Shown here piece after piece: positions 26,019 through 35,361 of a stretch of DNA of 64,000 nucleotides. The position numbers were made by a program, and so were the translations under genes. The stretch spans positions 256,480 through 320,479 of IMG/VR virus record IMGVR_UViG_3300026078_000017; one strand, written 5' to 3'. Below the pieces are notes generated by a model. It saw nothing but the letters and a program-made list of their open reading frames with translations. It was not told where the DNA came from and did no database searches. The first letter of the stretch is position 1, and each line of letters opens with the position of its first letter.

Positions 26019-26271
26019 ACCTGGATACATTTCACCTAAAGAACTAATGGTGGGTGACATTGTGTCAACTTCTGATCCAGCAGAAGACAAGTCACAGTAC
26101 AAACTTTCTGGCATGTTTCTTGTGTTGCAACGAAATGACTTAGGATTTGCGGATTTTCACCTGGGTGTGCAAATCAAGTACATGCAGTTTCAATCCAACA
26201 TAAAAACTGAAATCATCTATTCTGATAGTGATGTCAAGCCTCTATATTTAGTGTGTCGGACAGATAAATGA
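25996..26271 (+). CDS. GD-family paralog
   Basis: LMVGDIV. Confidence 0.75.
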   Translation: MTTKKKVKPGYISPKELMVGDIVSTSDPAEDKSQYKLSGMFLVLQRNDLGFADFHLGVQIKYMQFQSNIKTEIIYSDSDVKPLYLVCRTDK

Positions 26272-26537
26272 TCTATTGCAGCGAAACTGAGAAGTTTGTC
26301 AGTCAATTTCCTCTTGTTGAAACTTCAAAGGTTGAGGTTGGTGATATTGTCACTTATCACAATGACGCCTTCAAAGACAGCATGTTCCTGATCCTCAAAA
26401 TCTTCAAGGGACAAAAGGACCGTTTCACTTTCCATGCGATGGAAGTTCGATGGGGAAAGTCAGGTAAGCTTAATGTTTTCCTGGAACTTGATCCAGAAGC
26501 TCGGGGATTTCGACTGGTACAAAAAGCTGGTAGTTGA
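26268..26537 (+). CDS. GD-family paralog
   Basis: VEVGDIV. Confidence 0.75.
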   Translation: MIYCSETEKFVSQFPLVETSKVEVGDIVTYHNDAFKDSMFLILKIFKGQKDRFTFHAMEVRWGKSGKLNVFLELDPEARGFRLVQKAGS

Positions 26538-26570
26538 CACCTCCAAGACACATGCTAAGACTAGTGAACA

Positions 26571-26819
26571 ATGACAACGTCAGTAGAACTTAAGTCTGGT
26601 GTTGTTTATACCGTGGCATCAGACTTTATCTTTGTGCCATGTAGTGGCGGATATAAAGCCGCTGTGTCGCCTGGACACAAGTTTCTGTTGACAGTACACA
26701 GTTACTTGCACGATCCAAAACGTCGCGGGGAATGTTTCCACATGATTGGCGAGGAAACTAGTCATGTTTTTGTTATCGAACGCAAATACTTGGATAGATT
26801 GATCGAGGTAGAAAAATGA
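26571..26819 (+). CDS. GD-family paralog (divergent)
   Basis: LKSGVVY. Confidence 0.7.
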   Translation: MTTSVELKSGVVYTVASDFIFVPCSGGYKAAVSPGHKFLLTVHSYLHDPKRRGECFHMIGEETSHVFVIERKYLDRLIEVEK

Positions 26820-26998
26820 ATTCGTCGCTTCGTAGTACCATCTTTGATATCGCTCTTGGGGCGGGTTTGGTGTTGGGGTTGTATAGCAATCCTTATGCCT
26901 GGGCTTGTGTGGTTCTCATGGTCATCATGTCATTGATTAATCCCGTGGTGCCAAAGTCTGTGCAATGTTCGTGCCAGAAAGAAAAGACTCAGGGCTGA
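26816..26998 (+). CDS. small membrane protein
   Basis: two hydrophobic segments. Confidence 0.65.
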   Translation: MNSSLRSTIFDIALGAGLVLGLYSNPYAWACVVLMVIMSLINPVVPKSVQCSCQKEKTQG

Positions 26999-27008
26999 AA
27001 GAAACGGG

Positions 27009-27560
27009 CTAATATTTATTTGCTCGTTCTTTCCGTGTGTAGGTTGGCAAAAGAAGTGTATTATCACGATACGCAAATACCCAACCATTACATTTTTGAA
27101 TGCGATTTTTGCACATACTAACAATAGCTTCATTAGGAATATTACAGGCCCGAGATGCTTCACGAATACCGTTAAATTCCTTTATTTCTTGTGTGGCAAT
27201 ATTGTAACCATGAACAGGTTTCCGTTGATCTTTTTTAATCTTCATCACAACTGGAATTCCAGTCCACCTGTCTGAAACTGCTTTCCTTAGATTATAGCAC
27301 GATCTCTGATTGTCATAAAAAAGGTTCAACCAGTCCTGTTCTCTCAATTCAAGATTTTCAATACAAGAAATTTCCAAGATTTGGGTACTGAAATGTTCAG
27401 TACCTGACTTATTGAAGTCACGTTGTAAAAATATGTTTGGATGCCGATTCCTTCGTAAGTCTCTAAAATGCCTATGCATTCGTGCCTCATATGAACGTGT
27501 ACTTCCGACATAAAATCGACCATTCAAATTGTTGTTGATAACGTAAACGCAAGAAATCAT
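27009..27560 (-). CDS. GIY-YIG homing endonuclease with NUMOD1-like C-terminus
   Basis: CVYVI...FYVGST, R..H, EQ..L, YN; FNGIREASR; AT-rich and antisense to neighbours. Confidence 0.9.
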   Translation of the reverse strand: MISCVYVINNNLNGRFYVGSTRSYEARMHRHFRDLRRNRHPNIFLQRDFNKSGTEHFSTQILEISCIENLELREQDWLNLFYDNQRSCYNLRKAVSDRWTGIPVVMKIKKDQRKPVHGYNIATQEIKEFNGIREASRACNIPNEAIVSMCKNRIQKCNGWVFAYRDNTLLLPTYTRKERANKY

Positions 27561-27699
27561 AGAGTTATTGTTGTTGCACACATGATTTGATGGGTAAAGA
27601 AGAAAGAAAGAAGTTGACTTCCTAAGCTCAGGTGCTAAACCAAGGTAATCGGAAAGCGGAACCCCGCTAACAAACAAAAGAAGAAAAGAGGATACAGTA

Positions 27700-27978
27700 A
27701 TGAAGATTGGAATGCATGTTTCGGTGATCGAGTCGGGTGCGCGTGGTGTGCTTGTCGGCCTTGAGGGTGAGACGGCTACGGTTCGTCTCCGCAATGAGGA
27801 CAAGACGCTTTCGGCCAGCGAGAGCACGTATGCGGTGAGTGCACTCAAGGGTGAGAAGGGTCGTCCGGTTCGTCTGGATCGCCTTGCCGCTCAGGATGCC
27901 ACGGTGACGGCTGAGGCTCCCGCTGCGGAGACGGCTGTCGAGTCGGAGACGTCCACGGATGAGGTTTCGGCTGCCTGA
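27700..27978 (+). CDS. SH3-like protein with KGRP motif, probably highly expressed
   Basis: MKIGMHV...KGRPVRL; resembles 7527 and 41791. Confidence 0.85.
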   Translation: MKIGMHVSVIESGARGVLVGLEGETATVRLRNEDKTLSASESTYAVSALKGEKGRPVRLDRLAAQDATVTAEAPAAETAVESETSTDEVSAA

Positions 27979-28024
27979 TTAGCAGGTTGTCGAACACAAA
28001 AAGCAAGAACAAGAAAACAAAAAA

Positions 28025-28196
28025 CGTTGTAATGTTCGTGTAGTCTATACTTTGTAAGCTGCATTTCTTACGGGGGATGTAGAGAACGACGTAGGGTTAG
28101 GTGTTGGAAGTGACATCGACGCGAAACGTACTTGTATGATTTGGTGAGGGAAAGCCGCCGTTGATCTGGCTTGACTCTGGGGAGAGACCTCGGCCA
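28025..28196 (+). ncRNA. putative structured RNA
   Basis: nested GTTC/GAAC, TCTAT/GTAGA, GTAAG/CTTAC hairpin, then GGTGTT/GACATC and TGGCT/GGCCA stems. Confidence 0.5.
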
Positions 28197-28204
28197 ATTT
28201 TCCA

Positions 28205-28393
28205 ATGTCGAAAAATAAGAAAGAAGCTCATGCTCAGTCTGTTGACATTGAGTCCCTTGTGTCTGATCTAGTTCAAGAACTGGATTATGACATGTGGAAG
28301 TCGCTCTTTGACGAGGAGTGCATGGAAGATCCTGAGGCTGCCGCAGAAACGCGTGAGGCACTCTGTGAGATTGTTCGTAAACACTGTTCATAA
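28205..28393 (+). CDS. hypothetical acidic protein
   Basis: ELDYDMWK. Confidence 0.7.
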   Translation: MSKNKKEAHAQSVDIESLVSDLVQELDYDMWKSLFDEECMEDPEAAAETREALCEIVRKHCS

Positions 28394-28409
28394 GTGTTTA
28401 GCTCTGGTA

Positions 28410-28494
28410 ACTCCTGGATCCAGCGGGTAAGGAACCGTCCTCTTAAACGACAGTGGGTGATAACCCAATGCAGGTTCGAATCCTGCCAGGAGTC
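28410..28494 (+). tRNA. atypical class II tRNA, 9-nt anticodon loop (Leu-UAA-like or UUA)
   Basis: ACTCCTG/CAGGAGT, TCC/GGA, CCGTC-CTCTTAAAC-GACAG, variable arm TGGGT/ACCCA, GCAGG-TTCGAAT-CCTGC. Confidence 0.75.
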
Positions 28495-28495
28495 T

Positions 28496-28717
28496 ATGTA
28501 CAAAATGTTTGAAGACAATTTGGGTTGGGGGTTGGTCATTGTTTTTATTTTGTTTGCATTGTTTGGTGGACTCATGGTTTCCATGATTCAAAGCACTTAC
28601 ACACAGGACTGTCAGGAAATCTGCGATTCCCGTGGCACAGAAATGCGTCGTGTAACTTCGTTCGGATGCCTGTGCGAGAATGGCGAAGTTGTCAACCACT
28701 CCTCCAATCGGCGTTAA
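28496..28717 (+). CDS. membrane-anchored Cys mini-domain protein
   Basis: TM plus CQEICDSRGTEM...CLCENG. Confidence 0.75.
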   Translation: MYKMFEDNLGWGLVIVFILFALFGGLMVSMIQSTYTQDCQEICDSRGTEMRRVTSFGCLCENGEVVNHSSNRR

Positions 28718-28969
28718 ATGCTTGATCCCAATTATTACCTTGACGCAAGAGTTGGGGACATTTGGGACATTGAAGGCACAGCTTGGCGCATTGTAGTCTT
28801 GGTAATAGAACCACTTGACTCAGAAGGTCGTGCCATGTGTCTCAAGTTGAGATTTTGGAATGATGGGAACGATGAAACTCATCGTGGTCCTAGAATATCT
28901 GCCACTGCATTTGTTCATGGCCGTAAAAGATCGACCTTGATCGCAAGGATTGACGACGAAAATCCTTGA
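28718..28969 (+). CDS. GD-family paralog
   Basis: ARVGDIW. Confidence 0.75.
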   Translation: MLDPNYYLDARVGDIWDIEGTAWRIVVLVIEPLDSEGRAMCLKLRFWNDGNDETHRGPRISATAFVHGRKRSTLIARIDDENP

Positions 28970-28999
28970 CCAAAATCGAGAGTCTGCTAAGACCTAGTC

Positions 29000-29371
29000 A
29001 TGCGAAACAACACGACTCAGGTTATGTGGATCAACCCGCGAGCAAGCCTTACCATCGTCGCCAAGGAAAGCCGTCAGCTTGGTCGGTGCTATCATGGCAC
29101 GACCTATGAGGTTTCCAGCACCAAGGAAATTTCTCCTGCGACTCTTTACCAGCTTTTTCTCCTGGGCTTTTTCGGAGCCGGTCAGGAATTCAAGGTGGTC
29201 AGCTCGGAAGAGCACAAGGATTCGATTGCCCCGTGTGTGGTTGACCTGACAACGAACAAGATGATCGAAGGTGCAGTTGCCACGAATCAGTATTCCGGCA
29301 AGCCCTACGAGCCCATGAACATGTCCTATTGGGTTTATCAGGTAGAGCGTCGAACCGACAGTGGTGACTGA
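29000..29371 (+). CDS. hypothetical protein (leaderless)
   Basis: ATG 6 nt after TAAGAC. Confidence 0.8.
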   Translation: MRNNTTQVMWINPRASLTIVAKESRQLGRCYHGTTYEVSSTKEISPATLYQLFLLGFFGAGQEFKVVSSEEHKDSIAPCVVDLTTNKMIEGAVATNQYSGKPYEPMNMSYWVYQVERRTDSGD

Positions 29372-29425
29372 CCCTGTTGACAACTGTCATTTGCCATGCT
29401 AGAAGACTTCTAAGGAGTTCAAGGC

Positions 29426-29812
29426 ATGGCAAATTCAGATTCAGACTCGGGTTCGATTGCAGCATTTCTTGGCAAGGGATTGCTGAAGGTTGTGTTGCAT
29501 TTCTTGTACACCGTTTACGGTGGTTGGGTTTTGACGATTGCATGGGGTTGGTTCGCTGTGGCATTTTTCCACATGGCACCCATTACGATTCTTGGGGCAA
29601 TCGCTCTTTCTCTCTTGCGGAGTGTTTTTTTCATGGACATTGCCACCATGCGAGTGGCACTGGCTGTGGACAAGCATCTTAAGTTGGACAACACGACTAA
29701 GGGACTTGTTGACTGGATTGGTCAACCTCTTTTGGATACCATGGTTCTGATTGCCTGCATTATGACACACTTTGTCCTCTTCCCCTTGCTCATAGCTTTT
29801 GGTCTTTCCTGA
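29426..29812 (+). CDS. multi-pass membrane protein
   Basis: 3-4 hydrophobic segments, AGGAG RBS. Confidence 0.75.
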   Translation: MANSDSDSGSIAAFLGKGLLKVVLHFLYTVYGGWVLTIAWGWFAVAFFHMAPITILGAIALSLLRSVFFMDIATMRVALAVDKHLKLDNTTKGLVDWIGQPLLDTMVLIACIMTHFVLFPLLIAFGLS

Positions 29813-29819
29813 GAAGTGC

Positions 29820-30074
29820 ATGACCGAGCCCGAAAACATTGACAAGTCTCTCATTGACGTGGGGGACTTGCTTTGTTTTAAGTCTTTCAGAGACGATTTT
29901 TACTTGGTTGTGAAAAACAACGACATGGTTGAAGTTGGCTTTGGGGACGACCTTTATTGTATTGCTTATCATCGAATATTGAATCTTCGTGATTTTCGGT
30001 GTGAGCGTATCACAGCGGCAAACTTCGTAGCCAACCCAAACTTTTTTCTTGTAGCAAAAGCCAATCTAGAGTAA
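29820..30074 (+). CDS. GD-family paralog
   Basis: IDVGDLL. Confidence 0.75.
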   Translation: MTEPENIDKSLIDVGDLLCFKSFRDDFYLVVKNNDMVEVGFGDDLYCIAYHRILNLRDFRCERITAANFVANPNFFLVAKANLE

Positions 30075-30085
30075 GATAAGAAACC

Positions 30086-30349
30086 ATGACCAAGACCAAC
30101 TATCTATACACCCACGAGGCTCTAAAAGGTCTTTGGGAGCTTTATTGGGACGCACGGATGCCTAACCACATTCCTGGTGCGGAAGTCCCTAAAGAGAACG
30201 TGGTGTCTCTAAAAATCAAGACTAACATCGAGCAGGTAACCCGAGCTATGACCGAGGCTCTCAATCAGGTTATCGAGGAAAAAAAGAAGAACAAGAAGGA
30301 AGCAAATGACGGATCCGTATCGAGTGAGTCAAAAGCCAGAAACGCCTAA
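30086..30349 (+). CDS. hypothetical protein
   Basis: ORF. Confidence 0.7.
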   Translation: MTKTNYLYTHEALKGLWELYWDARMPNHIPGAEVPKENVVSLKIKTNIEQVTRAMTEALNQVIEEKKKNKKEANDGSVSSESKARNA

Positions 30350-30794
30350 AGTTGAACTTGACCCGAGTCTAAAGCCTTATTTTATTTATCTCGACATTGA
30401 GATAGAAAATAAAAAGACCAAGGCAACCACAGCGGCATATCATCCAGAGTACGAAATGGCTCGTGATAAATACGAGGCGTTTCAGTATGTCTTGACAAAG
30501 CTCAAGAAGATTCACTCTGTTGTGAAGATTAAGGGATTTATGGTTATAGGGCTTGAGGACTTTGGGTGGTTTGCCCCTAGTTCTGCGTCTTTCTTTCCAG
30601 TTCGTCTCATGGCTTTTGGATGTTTTTCCACCCGTGGAATCATCTTGGAACGATTTACTTCTAGTGACAAATATGCCGCACTCAAAAAGATGAGTGATAA
30701 ACATGAGTTTGGTCATGAAAATGTAGTTATTGTCACGGCAGATGACCTTCGACAGGTGGTCAAGAATGCCATAGAAAATGCCAATTCAGAATAG
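30306..30794 (+). CDS. hypothetical protein
   Basis: MTDPYR..., AGGAG RBS. Confidence 0.75.
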   Translation: MTDPYRVSQKPETPKVELDPSLKPYFIYLDIEIENKKTKATTAAYHPEYEMARDKYEAFQYVLTKLKKIHSVVKIKGFMVIGLEDFGWFAPSSASFFPVRLMAFGCFSTRGIILERFTSSDKYAALKKMSDKHEFGHENVVIVTADDLRQVVKNAIENANSE

Positions 30795-31074
30795 CATTCC
30801 TGTCACACTGGATGGATTCACCGAACACCTGACCAGGAATCCAAGAGTTGGTGACGTTATTTACATGCCTCACCCTAGCGGACGTCCATATGATCCAGGG
30901 AGAAGCAAGTTGCTTTTTGTCATCGAAGTAAAAGCGACAAAAGAAAATCAAAACACGAAACTGGATCCCCTGCATGTTCGAGTGATAAACTTGTTCACCA
31001 TGGAAAAGTTTGGCATGTGGATATCGGATTTTGAATATTATCGTCTGATTGCTGAGTTAGAACTTGAAAGATAG
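30778..31074 (+). CDS. GD-family paralog
   Basis: PRVGDVI. Confidence 0.75.
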   Translation: MPIQNSIPVTLDGFTEHLTRNPRVGDVIYMPHPSGRPYDPGRSKLLFVIEVKATKENQNTKLDPLHVRVINLFTMEKFGMWISDFEYYRLIAELELER

Positions 31075-31111
31075 TCCTTGACGCCATCTTGAAATCTGGT
31101 AAGATACTCCT

Positions 31112-31414
31112 ATGCAAACGCTCAAGCTTGAAGAGAAGGTCATCAACGTGGTCGACTACAACGATCTCGATGATTTCATCAGTTTTCACTACGGAGTCCC
31201 TTTCGAGGTTGTTGCCGACCAGGAAATGAACAACTATTCTTCCAAGCTGATCAAGGTCGAGAAGGAAAACCTTGATCAGTGGCAACAGGAAGATTTGAAT
31301 TACCTCAAGGAATCGGGGGACTATAAGGGTGGGTCACTTCGTACACTTTTGGCAGATCTGTGCAACCGTGGACACCTCGCACCCGGAAACTACCTGATTC
31401 AGGTGTTCTGGTGA
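31112..31414 (+). CDS. phage hypothetical protein (leaderless)
   Basis: VDYNDLDDFI...GNYLIQVFW. Confidence 0.8.
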   Translation: MQTLKLEEKVINVVDYNDLDDFISFHYGVPFEVVADQEMNNYSSKLIKVEKENLDQWQQEDLNYLKESGDYKGGSLRTLLADLCNRGHLAPGNYLIQVFW

Positions 31415-31419
31415 CCTGA

Positions 31420-31698
31420 GTGGGACCAGGAGAAAAAGCAAGGATTCGTGTAAGAGGTGGTCAAGTTCCAGAACTTGGTGACCTCATTTACATTGAAGAG
31501 AACTTTGTTGACTCCTTGTCGATTTATGGCATAGTGTGTAGCGAACCAGTACCGATTAGTTTTATTGGACCACCATCCAAAAAATTGCAAACAGAGGTTT
31601 TTAACCTTTTTACGCAACAAAAAGAACGGTTTCTATTCACGACAGACACCTATGGTTCTTGTTTAGTTCAAACATATGAAAGCAAAGAACGGACTTGA
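31420..31698 (+). CDS. GD-family paralog
   Basis: PELGDLI. Confidence 0.7.
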   Translation: MGPGEKARIRVRGGQVPELGDLIYIEENFVDSLSIYGIVCSEPVPISFIGPPSKKLQTEVFNLFTQQKERFLFTTDTYGSCLVQTYESKERT

Positions 31699-31936
31699 GG
31701 TAGAGATTGGGGACTTGTGGTCTTGGAAAATGGCGCCACTCAACGACAAAACAGATAACATCTTTCTTATTTTGAACGCAGAAATCGAAACACTTAAAGT
31801 AGATGGCGTTACACACGAACAAATAGTTTTCGAGGCATTTTGTTTTGAATACCACAAACGACGAAGGTTTCTGTTTCGAAACGATGCTAGATTTTACACT
31901 CTCATTTCAAGGTTAGACAATGGTAAAGACGGTTAA
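31676..31936 (+). CDS. GD-family paralog
   Basis: NGLEVEIGDLWS. Confidence 0.8.
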   Translation: MKAKNGLEVEIGDLWSWKMAPLNDKTDNIFLILNAEIETLKVDGVTHEQIVFEAFCFEYHKRRRFLFRNDARFYTLISRLDNGKDG

Positions 31937-32135
31937 TGGACTTGAGGTTGAACTTGGTGACCTTTGGTCATTTAGAACCGTAGACGAAGAAGACAAGTTG
32001 ATTATGATTATCAGACTTGCCAAACTTCCAGGTGGAGATTCATCATTTCAGGTTCTCGACATGTCAACCAATGAAATCAAGAACTTTGGTTTTGCTCTGT
32101 TGCCTTGGAGATATGCCCTTATTTCGAGAACTTGA
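31920..32135 (+). CDS. GD-family paralog, tandem duplicate of 31676
   Basis: NGLEVELGDLWS...LISR. Confidence 0.8.
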   Translation: MVKTVNGLEVELGDLWSFRTVDEEDKLIMIIRLAKLPGGDSSFQVLDMSTNEIKNFGFALLPWRYALISRT

Positions 32136-32171
32136 CATCTGATTTTAAGTGCGCTAACCTCTGGGTTCCCT

Positions 32172-32720
32172 ATGAGTCCAGCAGAAATTGCCTTAGTCAT
32201 GATGTTGACCCGTGTGTGTATTTCGGAAGGCGGGTTCGATGGTCATAAAGAGTGTGCAGTAATTGTACATGCCTTGACCGAACAAGCTGCCGAAAGAGGA
32301 ATACCTCTCAGAACACAGGTTTGTTTATATGCTCCAAATTCTTGCCTGAGACACCGAACCGATGCACGAAGGTGGATCAATGACCTTGATCCAGAACGAC
32401 GTTCTAGGCCCTCAGGATTTCCTAGAATGCTTTCTTGGACCACATACCGTCCGATGGTGGCTGCCATGTATGTGACAGCTTACAGGGCTTATACGGGCGC
32501 CATTGCAAGTCCATGTCCAGGAGCATTTCACTGGGGTGCCTCCTGGTGTCGTTCTTGTAGAGTCCGAATGCGAGAAGCAGGATTTCAGAGAATTCAGTGT
32601 GAAGGCGTAGGAAATCACTGGTGGGGACACCCTCAGGATTTTAGAAAACCTGAGCCAGAGACATTTGACCCCGTAGCATTTTGTGCTATCTCTTATTCAT
32701 GGATGCCACCGAGCCAGTAG
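32172..32720 (+). CDS. possible cell-wall hydrolase (SleB/Hydrolase_2-like)
   Basis: N-terminal LTRVCISEG, C-terminal GAFHW...GNHWW; family assignment tentative. Confidence 0.5.
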   Translation: MSPAEIALVMMLTRVCISEGGFDGHKECAVIVHALTEQAAERGIPLRTQVCLYAPNSCLRHRTDARRWINDLDPERRSRPSGFPRMLSWTTYRPMVAAMYVTAYRAYTGAIASPCPGAFHWGASWCRSCRVRMREAGFQRIQCEGVGNHWWGHPQDFRKPEPETFDPVAFCAISYSWMPPSQ

Positions 32721-33067
32721 AACACTGCCGAATCTGTCGTCACCCATTCAAGGATTTTGGATGGGGCAAACAGTCGTTGTGTTTTGGATTTGCCTGTTCT
32801 CGGTGTGTGAACAGGGCTTGTCGACTTGTTCGACGTCATAATCGTCGTGCACGGCTTGCGGACGTGAAGGGAAAGATTTTTGCTTTTGACTGGTTGTCGA
32901 TCTTGTTTGCGCATGCATTCAAGTGTGCTACATGTCAAAAGGAAAAGGAGTTGACTCTTGATCACATTCGACCACTGTCGACAGGCGGCCAAAATTTGTC
33001 ATGGAATATTCAGCCTCTATGCCTCTGCTGTCATGGCGAGAAGGACAATATCCGAAAGCGAGTTTGA
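32699..33067 (+). CDS. HNH endonuclease
   Basis: CATC...LTLDHIRPLSTGGQN...NIQPLCLCCH. Confidence 0.9.
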   Translation: MDATEPVEHCRICRHPFKDFGWGKQSLCFGFACSRCVNRACRLVRRHNRRARLADVKGKIFAFDWLSILFAHAFKCATCQKEKELTLDHIRPLSTGGQNLSWNIQPLCLCCHGEKDNIRKRV

Positions 33068-33416
33068 GGCGATATTCTATCCGGTAGGACGAACTTACCG
33101 GATTAGTCCTAAGTCTCTTGCGTCAACCTATTTTCATGGTTGGCCTACGGCAGAGTCACTTTTCAGTGAACTTGACGACCATTCTCAGCACTTTAACGTG
33201 AGAGCTGAGAAGGTGACATTTAAGTCTGGCGATCTTTTGTTATTGCTTGGACATGAAAAGCGTATCCAACCAGATGGTTGGCCCATGGTTATTTGGCACG
33301 TGTTTCACCTGGGTCTACAGAAAAACATGTGGATTCTTGAAAACATTGAGCCACTTGAGCCAACTCTGCTTGATAAAATCCGACAGGCAACAGACAATGA
33401 CTATTCGTTTCCTTGA
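33033..33416 (+). CDS. GD-family paralog
   Basis: YPVGRTY / FKSGDLL. Confidence 0.7.
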   Translation: MARRTISESEFEAIFYPVGRTYRISPKSLASTYFHGWPTAESLFSELDDHSQHFNVRAEKVTFKSGDLLLLLGHEKRIQPDGWPMVIWHVFHLGLQKNMWILENIEPLEPTLLDKIRQATDNDYSFP

Positions 33417-33449
33417 GGGTTGCATCCCTTTAGAAACCTAGTATAGTGT

Positions 33450-33785
33450 GTGGGTATGTCCACAAAAAGATCCCGCAAGCTACAAATTGGTGACTTCATC
33501 AAGTTTGATCCAAATGCTGTCGTGAAGAAGTTTCACAAGCATCCGATGGACGTGATGCACTACCTTGAAGACATTAACAACCCCAAGTTGGTTTACACTG
33601 ACTCAGAAAATATTTTTCCTGAGGTTGAGCAGAACTATCTCATTTCAGATGCCCGAGACTACTTTGACCGTTTCGGTTATCGTACACGGGTCTGTAAGGT
33701 CGTAGGACTGGTCGATTCCTTGGATGGGTGGATGCCTGCTGCGAGTCTAAAGCTCGTGTATGAAGGCTCTGAGGACCCACAATGA
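33450..33785 (+). CDS. GD-family paralog
   Basis: LQIGDFI. Confidence 0.75.
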   Translation: MGMSTKRSRKLQIGDFIKFDPNAVVKKFHKHPMDVMHYLEDINNPKLVYTDSENIFPEVEQNYLISDARDYFDRFGYRTRVCKVVGLVDSLDGWMPAASLKLVYEGSEDPQ

Positions 33786-33952
33786 GCAAACCTCGGTCAG
33801 GTCACATTGGACCTGTTGGATATCTTTGGATTCCATACGATCCAGAGTATCACCAGTCACGATTGCAGTGGGCATTTTATCCCGAGTGTGACTCTGACTG
33901 GTGGTGGGTTCGGGTGCTTGGAGTAGAATTCTGTGTCGAACGCAAGCACTAA
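33782..33952 (+). CDS. small Trp-rich protein (56 aa)
   Basis: ATGA coupling; fills the gap. Confidence 0.55.
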   Translation: MSKPRSGHIGPVGYLWIPYDPEYHQSRLQWAFYPECDSDWWWVRVLGVEFCVERKH

Positions 33953-33953
33953 A

Positions 33954-34211
33954 ATGGAGTCAGATTTAGAAATTGGTGCCTTGTATAGGTGGAAACGAAC
34001 ACCTAAAACCTGGAATTCTTGGGAAATAACAAGTGTTATTTTTGAAGGTTCAACCACTCAACGATTTATGTTTCTTAAGGATATCCAGCGTCCCAGCACA
34101 TATCCACACAGTCTTCCTTACCTACCTCGTTACAAGTTTTGGTTTCTTGATCAAAATAAACTTGTAGAATTCGATCAAAGAGATATAGCAAGATTGGAAA
34201 TGGTAAAGTGA
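33954..34211 (+). CDS. GD-family paralog
   Basis: LEIGALY. Confidence 0.7.
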   Translation: MESDLEIGALYRWKRTPKTWNSWEITSVIFEGSTTQRFMFLKDIQRPSTYPHSLPYLPRYKFWFLDQNKLVEFDQRDIARLEMVK

Positions 34212-34600
34212 CACTGCCTGACACAATTGGTGAAATCTACAAGTGGAAACCTTCTACCGTCAGATTGACATATTGGGATGCATGGGTAGGAAGCACAGAC
34301 AGAAATACTGACCAACCGCCAGTTTCTGCTTATGGTTACTACAAGAGAGTCGATCTCAAGGATCAATTTTTGCTCACAGACATTGTTTCCTGTCAAAACA
34401 TTTTCTCAGACTCTCGTGACTTGTTTGTTTTCCTTGATGTGCTAAGAAACACCAAGGTCCGAATGTTTCCCATGGACGCAGAAGGGTTGATGTTGGCATA
34501 TGACCAAAAAGAAGACACTCAGACAACGGATTCGTCAACTCGACAAGATTCTGGCGAAATGGCACTTCAAGACGTCAAGGGTGACGTTTCGGGTGGGTGA
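34208..34600 (+). CDS. GD-family paralog
   Basis: DTIGEIY. Confidence 0.7.
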   Translation: MTLPDTIGEIYKWKPSTVRLTYWDAWVGSTDRNTDQPPVSAYGYYKRVDLKDQFLLTDIVSCQNIFSDSRDLFVFLDVLRNTKVRMFPMDAEGLMLAYDQKEDTQTTDSSTRQDSGEMALQDVKGDVSGG

Positions 34601-34883
34601 TGTTTGGGAAGTGAGTCCAGATGCCACTGTCAATTTTGATGTGGCAAACACTGATGAACAGCGTGATATTATTCAGTGGTGGGCAACACCCTTTCCTCCC
34701 AAAAGCGCTTTTTTGCTGCTTGCCAAGTCTTCTAGAGAAATGAGAAGGCAGAATGGAATCAACACAGACAGATTTACTTTCTTTGCATTGGAGCTGAAAT
34801 CTCAGATGAAGTACGAAATTGTTTTCTCTCGTAAGGATGTGACAGACAAAGTCATCCGTCGGATTTCTTCCTTGCCTATCTAA
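34500..34883 (+). CDS. GD-family paralog
   Basis: FRVGDVW. Confidence 0.7.
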   Translation: MTKKKTLRQRIRQLDKILAKWHFKTSRVTFRVGDVWEVSPDATVNFDVANTDEQRDIIQWWATPFPPKSAFLLLAKSSREMRRQNGINTDRFTFFALELKSQMKYEIVFSRKDVTDKVIRRISSLPI

Positions 34884-34908
34884 CCAATATCTGCTAAAGT
34901 TCCCTTAT

Positions 34909-35361
34909 ATGGAGTGCAACTTCTATAAAATGTGCGAGAAGGTTCGTGCAGATCTCGTTGAGATTTACACGGGAAATCCTTTTCCTGTAAAAGGCATGGA
35001 AAACTCCCTGATGCTCCTGAACAATGGGCGTTGGCGTTTTTTCGATGAGCAGTTTGGTGGTGCGTGTGGTGTTGGCGCCTACATGTTGACCATTCTTGCA
35101 CGACGACACAATCAGACATTGGTGCTTGCTGGACACCAGGCTCACTTTTGGTGTCAGACACCAGAAGGAACTATCGTTGACCCAACCTATGAGCAGTTTG
35201 ACCCTCGTAGGCCAATTCACGTTGGTGCACCTTTGAAGTGGCATCATGGTTCTGAGGTTGACACTCGTGCCAAGGAAATTCTCAAAAGGTATCCTGAGAC
35301 ACAAAATCCGTTTTCACGATATCATCGCCGGACACTTGAACGATGGATGAATACGCTGTAA
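34909..35361 (+). CDS. transglutaminase/papain-like protein
   Basis: GGAC...HFW...VDPTYEQF, candidate Cys-His-Asp triad. Confidence 0.65.
   Translation: MECNFYKMCEKVRADLVEIYTGNPFPVKGMENSLMLLNNGRWRFFDEQFGGACGVGAYMLTILARRHNQTLVLAGHQAHFWCQTPEGTIVDPTYEQFDPRRPIHVGAPLKWHHGSEVDTRAKEILKRYPETQNPFSRYHRRTLERWMNTL

Noticed and set aside
27561-27848. N-terminal extension of the GIY-YIG ORF given in the ORF track
   Set aside because: It overlaps the plus-strand gene 27700 and its promoter; the real start is ATG 27560.
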